IMG/VR virus record: IMGVR_UViG_3300025617_000006
Length of the DNA stretch: 64,000 bases
Source of the DNA: a virus
Direction: 5' to 3' (one strand)
In this document: piece after piece, positions 30,297 through 38,800 of the stretch
Layout: each line of letters starts with the position of its first letter
Position numbering within the stretch: the stretch's first letter is position 1
Position numbers and translations under genes: made by a program
Notes under the pieces: generated by a model
What the model was told of the DNA's origin: nothing
What the model saw: only the letters and a program-made list of their open reading frames with translations
Database searches by the model: none

Positions 30297-31127
30297 TTAC
30301 GGTTGAGGGTTACTATGCTCAGGTGTGACATAGTCCCAATAAAAGTGCTGTTGCTCTGTTCTAGGTACTTGTACAACCCATTCGCCATTTACTACTACAC
30401 CGCTTGGACTGCTAGTAGGTAAATGCCTATTTTCTCCAAATTTGTCACAACAACTATCTACAGTAATAATAGGAATTTGATATTGTAAACTCATCATCCG
30501 TAAATGAACTTCATGCCAGTCCATCCATATACCGTCTTGACTATTTCCCCTATCTCCGTTTGTGCTGTGTAAGATAAGATCTACTTGATGAATGCTTGCT
30601 AATAATGGTAAACTTGGTGCATTGAATCTAAAACCGTTGCCCCAAAGATCATTACAAATCATTCCTGTAGTGCGTACTTCGTCGAGATAATGTGTTTTAG
30701 TTGTACCTGGAGGATCTGCTAATACTTGATCCCAACTGTGATGTGGAGCATCTTCTCCACCAACAATATATTGTTTGTTTGTTGCGCCTAATAACTCGCC
30801 TTGTTTATCATAATAGCGTATTTGGTTGCGTCTAATTGTGCCACGATGTTCAATGTCAACCCATAATGTTCCTAGTGCAATGCCCATGCCTTTTGTGTTT
30901 GCATACGAAACTACTTCGTATGTTGCCTTAGCAATATCAGACATTCCATTCGCTGGAACTAAATCAAAGTTTGGAAAATATCCTGATAGTGAACCTTCAG
31001 GAGTAAGCAACCAGTCGCAATTATTTGATGCGGCCCAGTCGATTGCTTTTAGAATCGCTTTTTTATTTTCTTCTAATTCTTGTGTAACGGGTAGTTGTGC
31101 GCCCGCAAACCTAACTTTTTTGCTCAT
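30297..31127 (-). CDS. Carbon-nitrogen hydrolase (nitrilase superfamily)
   Basis: Glu-Lys-Cys triad in TPEG, NKQ, ICNDLW; AQL..., SPSGVV. Confidence 0.85.
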   Translation of the reverse strand: MSKKVRFAGAQLPVTQELEENKKAILKAIDWAASNNCDWLLTPEGSLSGYFPNFDLVPANGMSDIAKATYEVVSYANTKGMGIALGTLWVDIEHRGTIRRNQIRYYDKQGELLGATNKQYIVGGEDAPHHSWDQVLADPPGTTKTHYLDEVRTTGMICNDLWGNGFRFNAPSLPLLASIHQVDLILHSTNGDRGNSQDGIWMDWHEVHLRMMSLQYQIPIITVDSCCDKFGENRHLPTSSPSGVVVNGEWVVQVPRTEQQHFYWDYVTPEHSNPQP

Positions 31128-31171
31128 GCAAATATTTAAGTAAGCGGGTGCTAATTTTGTTTAATTCTGAC

Positions 31172-32131
31172 TTATGCAGTACCGCAAGGTGAACGAGGAG
31201 TGTCTACTTTCCATGCCGCATAACGTTGACATTTGTGTACTCTAAACGTAGCACCTGTGCCTACGTTAGCACCATCAGCAACTGCTTCGTAAGTGTAAGA
31301 TACATCAGCAAAATCTTTTGCTTCTCTTCCTACTACAATATCTTGGCCATCGTTAATTGCTTGATTTCCGCTTAACGTTAATGCAGTAATTGCGCCGTCG
31401 TCTACTGTTTTTACTGTAGCAACAAGTTCGTCAGCAATAATAAAATCTTCTAAATCGCCTGCGGCAAATTTAATTTTATCACCGACTTCGTAATTACTAC
31501 CGCCTGCTGTAATATCAACAGCAAAACTATCACCATAAACTACAGGAATATCACGCAATGCTTGGCGATACTCATTCCACTCAGCCAATAAAGATGCTGG
31601 CATATCTGAGTTAGTTTTATCGTCAGTCCATGCTAACAGTGATGATCTATGTCTACGCAAGTGTGGCCATTTAACATGCGGTTGTTTCCACGGATAATGC
31701 GGTGCTCCGCCTTTAGTACTACCTGCTACTTTAATAAATTCGTTATTGCTATTACATTCGATATCAAATTTTTCATAAGTATGATCAGGTGGAGGATTTA
31801 CATATGTAGTATATTCTACACCATTTGGTAATGTTTCTGTCGTTACTTCGTGTTCGTCATCGTCGTGATCTTGTTCCATTAACGAGCAAATAATTGGATT
31901 TACTTCGCAATCTACTAATACTTTTCTCTGTCCTTCGGGTGGATTGTAATCCATACCGTCTTCTTCGTCCATATATCCTGCCGGACAAATTCTGTTAGTA
32001 GCATTGTCAATAAAAACCCACATAGTTTCAGGACCTTCATATACATGAGATCCTTCTAACTGCTCATTGTTGACCTGTCCTAAATACTCATCTGGTTTAG
32101 GATAGTTAAATTGTTTTCTAATAATTGTCAT
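31172..32131 (-). CDS. Tail fibre assembly chaperone-like protein, paralog B
   Basis: LRRHRSSLLAWTD...W.EYRQALRDIP motif of phage tail assembly chaperones; paralog of 33629..34354. Confidence 0.65.
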   Translation of the reverse strand: MTIIRKQFNYPKPDEYLGQVNNEQLEGSHVYEGPETMWVFIDNATNRICPAGYMDEEDGMDYNPPEGQRKVLVDCEVNPIICSLMEQDHDDDEHEVTTETLPNGVEYTTYVNPPPDHTYEKFDIECNSNNEFIKVAGSTKGGAPHYPWKQPHVKWPHLRRHRSSLLAWTDDKTNSDMPASLLAEWNEYRQALRDIPVVYGDSFAVDITAGGSNYEVGDKIKFAAGDLEDFIIADELVATVKTVDDGAITALTLSGNQAINDGQDIVVGREAKDFADVSYTYEAVADGANVGTGATFRVHKCQRYAAWKVDTPRSPCGTA

Positions 32132-32146
32132 TTTTATCCTTACCTC

Positions 32147-32869
32147 TTAATAATACACAACGTAAACTAGTCCGCCAGCGCCGGGTGAACCGCAACAACA
32201 ACCTTCACCGTATGCTTGTGCAGACATGCCGCCACCGCCTGGAAATAATCCAAAACCTTGCGATCCGCCCCATGCACAACATCCGTTTGGTCCGTTTCTA
32301 AATCCGCCGCGTCCTGGAGGATCACCAATCATTTGGTTACCTCTATCATGACAGTATTGACTTAATTGTGCTGTACTTTGTGTTGCGCCAACTCCAAAGT
32401 CCATTCCGCTAAAGCCGTGTACACAATAGCGCATTCTGCAACATGAATAACAAGTTCTGTACATGAAACATTCTGTACGTAAAACTCTACCACCACATGC
32501 TCTTGCACACCAGTTACCTGATCTACATACGTATGAGTCACAACCTTGTTGACAGTTTCCTTTTTGTCTACAGCAAGTTGAACCCGCCGCACAAATTGTA
32601 TACTGCTGTCCTGCCGAAACTTCTACTGCCCGTTGTCCATAACTTCCGCCTGTTGACGGATATCCCATTTGGCAACAGCACCCGCCGTCGCCTGCGGCTC
32701 CACCGCCCCAAATTTCAAACGAAGCATATGCTACACCTGAAGGTACTGTCCATAAGCAACATCTTCCACCATTATTTGGAGAAGTAGTGCTTGTGTTATA
32801 TACCGCAATCTCTCTAGGAATTGCTTTAGGATCGTCGTATCCGAATAAAAAATCTCTTAATGTTGACAT
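32147..32869 (-). CDS. Cys-rich, Gly-rich adhesin/fibre-tip-like protein C
   Basis: 24 Cys in 240 aa; CCLWTVP..FEIWGGG..G..CCCQ, FPGGGG, G.GGLV.V.Y. Confidence 0.6.
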   Translation of the reverse strand: MSTLRDFLFGYDDPKAIPREIAVYNTSTTSPNNGGRCCLWTVPSGVAYASFEIWGGGAAGDGGCCCQMGYPSTGGSYGQRAVEVSAGQQYTICAAGSTCCRQKGNCQQGCDSYVCRSGNWCARACGGRVLRTECFMYRTCYSCCRMRYCVHGFSGMDFGVGATQSTAQLSQYCHDRGNQMIGDPPGRGGFRNGPNGCCAWGGSQGFGLFPGGGGMSAQAYGEGCCCGSPGAGGLVYVVYY

Positions 32870-32884
32870 ACTACTATATTCTCC

Positions 32885-33625
32885 TTATGTTGCAGTGTAG
32901 TAAACTGTTACTAATCCGCCCATTCCTTTTGCTCCACAATAACATGTTTCATTGTGTGTTACACCTGATGCGCCGCCGCCGCCTGGGAATACTCCGTGGT
33001 CTCCTTGGTCTTGTCCATGTGACTTATAACAACCCGAACGTGACATTCTAGTGCTTCCTGTAAACGGAGCACTAGGCATAAATTGGTGTGTGTCCGATGC
33101 ACAGTGAGCAGATCCATGTCCGCCGCCTGTTGTGCCGCACATTGCTAGTGTAGCACCGTTAACACATCCGCAGTTAAACATTTGACATCCACTATATGAA
33201 CAATTTTGTGAGTAAAAACATTTTGAAACGCCTTCACTGCCACCCGATGAACACATGCAAAATGAACTCGGTCCGCAAACAAAACTTGGAAACCCTCTAC
33301 AACTTACACAACGCGAGTGACAACAAGTTGAACCTGCCGCGCAAATTGTAAAATTTTGACCTGCATCAACTTCAATAATACGTCTACCATAAGATCCTGA
33401 TCCGCCGGACCAGCCTTGTTGACAACAACATACTCCTGCACCCGGTCCGCCGCCGCCCCAAACTTCAAATGCCGCCCATGATGCTCCTGCTGGAACTGTC
33501 CACTGACAGCATGTTCCACCATTGTTCTGTGTGGTAATGTTTGTATTATATACACGTAAACTTCTCAGCGGTGCTGAACCAGTTGAAGAAGTTCCGTACT
33601 GTAATAAGGATCTTAAACTTGACAT
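32885..33625 (-). CDS. Cys-rich, Gly-rich adhesin/fibre-tip-like protein B
   Basis: 23 Cys in 246 aa; same motif scaffold. Confidence 0.6.
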   Translation of the reverse strand: MSSLRSLLQYGTSSTGSAPLRSLRVYNTNITTQNNGGTCCQWTVPAGASWAAFEVWGGGGPGAGVCCCQQGWSGGSGSYGRRIIEVDAGQNFTICAAGSTCCHSRCVSCRGFPSFVCGPSSFCMCSSGGSEGVSKCFYSQNCSYSGCQMFNCGCVNGATLAMCGTTGGGHGSAHCASDTHQFMPSAPFTGSTRMSRSGCYKSHGQDQGDHGVFPGGGGASGVTHNETCYCGAKGMGGLVTVYYTAT

Positions 33626-33628
33626 TTA

Positions 33629-34354
33629 TTATTCTCCGTCTTCTTCGATAATATTAACCATTGCTTGATCAGCACCTGGTTCTACTGGAAAGTTAACCAT
33701 GTATGCCGGAAGTTCATCATCAGTACCATGACCAAACAATGCTGGTAAATCACGTAATTCTTGTCTGTAATCTAACCATACTTGCTTAGTTGCCGCAGGC
33801 ATGTCGTCTGCAATTTTACTGTCTGACGCTGTTAACATATTGTTTCTAACAATAATTAATTGATCCCATGATGTCCAAGGCTGTTTCCACTGCATTGTCC
33901 ATGTGCCGCCTGTATATGAATCTCCTGCATCGTTAGCAGTGCCATCCATATTATACTGGCATTCATCTAATTCGTAAGTGTGATCAACATCAGTTGGTGT
34001 CGGTCTTTCGTAAGTTGTACCATCTGGTAGATCAATTACTAAGTTTGTTTGACCTTGTACTGTGTCCCATTCAACCTTTGCATCAAATAATGAGCAAAGT
34101 ACTGGGTCAGTACTACAATCAATTTTTACTTTATATTGATCATGTGGTACTGGATAGTTTTCACCATCCTCTTCTTCTGTCAAAACAAGTCTTGACGTAT
34201 CTGAACGTCCGGTATCCCTATCAATGAATACCCAAATTTTATCTGGCCCGTTATAATCCGCAGTTGCAGTATTAGCATCGTCGTTTGTTTGGGCGAGATA
34301 GTCATCAGGTACGTCATATGTAAACGTTGCTTGAATAATTGTATTACTTGGCAT
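33629..34354 (-). CDS. Tail fibre assembly chaperone-like protein, paralog A
   Basis: RNNMLTASD...WLDYRQELRDLP; shares PDDYL, GP..WVFID, DHTYE, WKQP with 31172..32131. Confidence 0.65.
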   Translation of the reverse strand: MPSNTIIQATFTYDVPDDYLAQTNDDANTATADYNGPDKIWVFIDRDTGRSDTSRLVLTEEEDGENYPVPHDQYKVKIDCSTDPVLCSLFDAKVEWDTVQGQTNLVIDLPDGTTYERPTPTDVDHTYELDECQYNMDGTANDAGDSYTGGTWTMQWKQPWTSWDQLIIVRNNMLTASDSKIADDMPAATKQVWLDYRQELRDLPALFGHGTDDELPAYMVNFPVEPGADQAMVNIIEEDGE

Positions 34355-34374
34355 ATGTTTTCTCCATTTTCCTA

Positions 34375-35106
34375 TTAACTATAACTAACTTTAACTGCGC
34401 CGGCTTGTCCCCAGCCACCCCAGCAACACGGTTCTCCGCAAGCCGCGCCGCCGCCGCCGCCGCCTCCTGGAAATCCTGCTAAACAATGGAAACATGATCC
34501 AGTGTTGGTAAATTCACCCGCGCACCAGTCTCTCGATCTTCTTGCAACACTGAACATTCCTGAACCTGTTACAAAGTTCCACATTTGGTTGTGGCAATAT
34601 TGACTTCTTTTTGAACTTCCTGAAATTTGTGGAAGTCCCCAATCGCCTGTACCGCACTGCCATACAAATGATGGATCACAAGTATATGCATCAGTAAAGC
34701 AACACGCTTTACCTGCACAACCGCCAGGTGCACATGTTGTGGAAATTGACGAACCAGTTACAAAACTCGGATATCCGTTTCCTCCAATACAGCCAAAACA
34801 GCAACAAACTGTTGAACCGCCTGCACAGACTGTGTATTGACAGCCAGCCGTGGTTGAAACTGTACGAATAGCGTACGATCCGCCTGCCGCCGGTCTGTTC
34901 GGAAATTGGCAACAGCAACCGCCGTGGCCGCCACCGCCGCCACCCCATAATTCAAATGTAGCGTTAGCAGTATTTGCTGGTACAGTCCACAAACAACACT
35001 TACCACCGTTACCAATGTCTGTATTGTAGTTATAGACCCAAAACTGTCTCTGTACACCTGATTTTGCCGGTTCCACATCCGAAAGTAAACTTCTAAGTGA
35101 TGCCAT
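34375..35106 (-). CDS. Cys-rich, Gly-rich adhesin/fibre-tip-like protein A
   Basis: 24 Cys in 243 aa; same motif scaffold. Confidence 0.6.
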   Translation of the reverse strand: MASLRSLLSDVEPAKSGVQRQFWVYNYNTDIGNGGKCCLWTVPANTANATFELWGGGGGGHGGCCCQFPNRPAAGGSYAIRTVSTTAGCQYTVCAGGSTVCCCFGCIGGNGYPSFVTGSSISTTCAPGGCAGKACCFTDAYTCDPSFVWQCGTGDWGLPQISGSSKRSQYCHNQMWNFVTGSGMFSVARRSRDWCAGEFTNTGSCFHCLAGFPGGGGGGGAACGEPCCWGGWGQAGAVKVSYS

Positions 35107-35123
35107 AGTTTTGTTTTCCTATC

Positions 35124-35450
35124 TTATGTTCCGCTAATAATCCAACCATAAGTTGCACCTGTATATACAAGTGTAACTGCTACGTTGTCAATATCTAACG
35201 TTAAATCTTCTGTTCTATTCTGAATTTTTGCGCCATTACGTGCTACAGTAACGTTTGAGGAACTAAATGCTCCCGTTACGTCAATAATCTGTACAGTATC
35301 GTTTTCAAGTAGACTAGTGCTAATCGGAAGCGTAATAGTAATGCCTCCTGATGTACACAAAATTCTATCGTTGATCACAGCACTGTAAGAGGATCCTGTA
35401 GTTCTAAGTACAGTACCAGCGGTTCCAGTTGTAGTAATATATCTTCCCAT
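35124..35450 (-). CDS. Small fibre-connector protein (resembles T4 gp34 N-terminal repeat)
   Basis: ITITLP...IIDVTGAF...VTVARNG.KI...LVYTGATYGW. Confidence 0.55.
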   Translation of the reverse strand: MGRYITTTGTAGTVLRTTGSSYSAVINDRILCTSGGITITLPISTSLLENDTVQIIDVTGAFSSSNVTVARNGAKIQNRTEDLTLDIDNVAVTLVYTGATYGWIISGT

Positions 35451-35471
35451 TGTTGTATCCTTCTATTGTAT

Positions 35472-35789
35472 TTATGCCGATGTCTCAATACCGAATAGTA
35501 CTGCACTGACATTACCTGAACTTGATCTTACAACCAGTTTCTTGCCAGCATCCATTACGATACCAGATCTTTCTAGTACACCGTGGGCTAACACTTCTGT
35601 TTCCCATTCAATGTATTCTGCTCCAGTTGGAGTATCTGCAGATGCTACTGCTACTTGAACTCCGACTGCTTGATTACCTCTATTACACACCGATAGTGTT
35701 ACAACTGCATAATTGTCAGTTGGCACAGTATATACGGTGGTATCAGTCGCCGCTAATAAATCGCTTGCTCCTAGTCTTCCTGATGCCAT
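35472..35789 (-). CDS. Small fibre-associated beta protein (family with 49516 and 57167)
   Basis: VYTVP...LSVCN...IVMDAG..LVV...G.E pattern. Confidence 0.55.
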   Translation of the reverse strand: MASGRLGASDLLAATDTTVYTVPTDNYAVVTLSVCNRGNQAVGVQVAVASADTPTGAEYIEWETEVLAHGVLERSGIVMDAGKKLVVRSSSGNVSAVLFGIETSA

Positions 35790-35801
35790 ATTATTTCTCC
35801 T

Positions 35802-38800
35802 TTATCCCATCAAAAACATATTTAGCGCCACAGGTGCTCCATCAACTCCGCCGCGGAAGTTAAATTGAGCGTCAACGTTAATTGGTACTACTGTAGTTGT
35901 AGTAATTTCCTGTCCGGAAATTTGTACAAGACCAGCAATAATTTGGTTAACGTTAAGAGTACTTGCACCACCACCAATCTGTGACGTAATATATGTTCTA
36001 ATTGCTCGTTGTGTTGGTACAATACTGTCGCTGTTTGCGGAGAATGTACCATCGGTGCTAAACTCGTTAATAGTTGCGCCTGTGTTACCAAGTGCAATAT
36101 CACCAAGTTGTAGTTCTTGCAACCCTGAAATATTAAATGCGTCAGCATTTAGTGTTGCAATACCAGTTGACTGTTCAACGTTGAACAATCCACCTACCCT
36201 AAAGTTACCATCTTGGTCAGTACTTGTGTAGAACACTCGTCCGCCACCACCTTCAACAGTTTCTGAATCTGGTTCTGGATCTTGTAATGGAATATTAGGA
36301 TAATTTGTATTTGTAAAGTTACCTGTTCCGATATCTAGGAAGTCGTGTCCTGTTAATCGTACCTGCGAATATCTAATTCTTACTTCAGCATCTTCATTAT
36401 GCTCAGGTGCAGTGTCAACTGGAAGGTCCGGAGATATTTGTAACTGTGCAGAGTATGGTCCTGTTCCTCTTAAATTAGTAATAGCAACTAACTTATAGAA
36501 TACATTATTTTGACCGGTAAACTCAATATTAGAACCTGCTCTTGGAATTTCTCTCATACCAGATACTTGGATATATTTTCCTGGTTGATATCTATCCATA
36601 AAGCCGCCGCCCCATCGTACCTTACCATTGGTACTGTATGTTGCTTCACTAGTAGTATCAATTGGAACAGATGTCAACGGGTCTTCGTAAAGTTCAAATG
36701 TATCAGCAGTTAAAACTTTAACATAAAAGTCTGACGGATCAAAGAACTTGATCATTCCAAGTACTTCACTGATATTAACTTTAGTGCCGTCTACTGTAAT
36801 TCCGTGACCCACTGCTGTAACAACTGCTGGGCTTGCTTGTGAAACTCCTGTAATAGTAATTTCGTTTTGTGTAGCACTAATGCTAGCCACTGCTGTTTCA
36901 AATCCTTGACCTCTGCCAAGATTTGATCCTGCCGCAAATGTTGGCTGTGCAAGAACGCCGTCGCCAATTCTAACCTCTAAAGGAGCATCAGTAGTATTAC
37001 TTGGATCTGTAATAGTAATTGCCGCTGTTTCGTCATACCCTTGTCCAGGTTCAATAATCTTAATTTCAGCAATTTTACCATCTGCAACTTTTGCTCTACC
37101 AATTGCTCGGATTGTTGTACTTGAGCCGTCTCCAGCCGGTGTACTAAATGTCACTCTTGGAGTAATATCATAAGTTGTTGTACTATCTAATAGTGTTAAA
37201 ATTGATTCTCCAATAATATGATCCCAACCAGGAGTATCATCGGAATATTTCTTTACTGTTGCTTGTTTAGTACCAGCATTGTACGTATCAATATAAGCAT
37301 ATTGTCCTGCACCTAATCCTGCTGTAATCCAAATAGCCATTCCAACTAATGCACCTGATGCGTTAGTATCTGTATTCGAAATTGTAATACTTGTAGCATC
37401 ACCAATCTGCGCCGCGTTTGAAACTGTGACGTAATCTTCGCCGCCGTATTCTTCATCAGTATTAAGAAGTCTTACTTCCATAATACCCGCTGTTCTAGTT
37501 ACTGGAGTAACAGTACCAATACCAAATCCGTCGCCTGTAATAACAATGTTTGCATTACCGCCATCTAAGTCATAATCACGACCTGCGTTTGTATATTCTA
37601 ATGCAAGTACTCGATCACCATCAGTAATAATATTACCAACTACGGCTTGTTGTGCTTTGTTATCAGCATATGCTATAATTGGAACTTCAGTTGCATCAAC
37701 GCCTTCTGCAACTGTACCAAATGTACCATAAGATGAGTTACCGTTTGTAGCACGAATCTTACCACCATTCTCTGCTAGGTAACCGATATGTCCGTAGTAT
37801 GAGAATACTGAAACAAGTTCTGTTCTACCTAAGTTAGTACACCATACACCGATACCATCTGATAATACTTGTGTAAAGTCGTTTGCAACAATAGAATCAT
37901 TACCGCCAGCGTGTAAGTCGCCGTCAATTTTAAGTCCAACACATGCAGTACCAAAAGTTGTTACGTTTTGCACATAACATGATTTGTTTGTTACCCAAAC
38001 TGCTTTGTGCCCTGTTCCCCAACCCGGATCTAGCGATACATATGCACCTGCTGTTGGTCGTTTTGTACCGTACAAGTTATCTGCACCGAGCACACCTGAT
38101 AGTCCTGTAGTTGTACAGTTACGTAGCCCTGTGCCGTTTCTTACTAGGAACATATTTTCTAATAGCGAACCGTTAACAGCATTTACATATTGTTCAGCGG
38201 CTCGTAAGCCTTTGTAGTTCCCAGTGTATATAATGTCGTTTTGTACTGCTTCGATGTAACGTCTAACATCACGCTTGCATGATGCTTTTAGTGCGTCTGT
38301 GAAAGTGTAACTTGGAAAATCAATTTCAATCTTTTTAATTACATCTTCAACCATAAATTCTTTATTTTCTTCAATCCGCAATACTGAATCAGTATAGCCT
38401 GCTGAAGTAATTGGATCATTAACACCAGACATCGAAACATCTGAACCAATTGCATTAAGATCAAAATCAATCTTGTTCTTAATTGCAGTGACAACTGCCG
38501 CCGCCGCTGTGCCAGCCGCGCCCGAGCCTGCTGGTAGTGCTACGTCTTGATCTAGTGGGTTTCCAACTTGTTTTGTAATCGCTGTGTTTGTACAAATATC
38601 ATCAATAATACTAGCCAAGTGTACAAGTCCTGCAAGTGAATATTGTGTATCACTTGAATCAACTAAACTACTAGCCGGTGAAATTTTAGTAGAACGTAGT
38701 TCGTCACCAACTACTGCACAACTTTCTGGAATCACCATCGGAAGTACTTCGTTAAATTGGCCTGTTTTTACAAATAATGAATCATTAGCAATGATCTCGG

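Noticed and set aside
32147-35106. Cys-rich proteins as selenoproteins or RiPP precursors
   Set aside because: No in-frame TGA; about 240 aa with a fibre-tip Gly-rich scaffold, and no radical SAM, YcaO or lanthionine enzymes in the window
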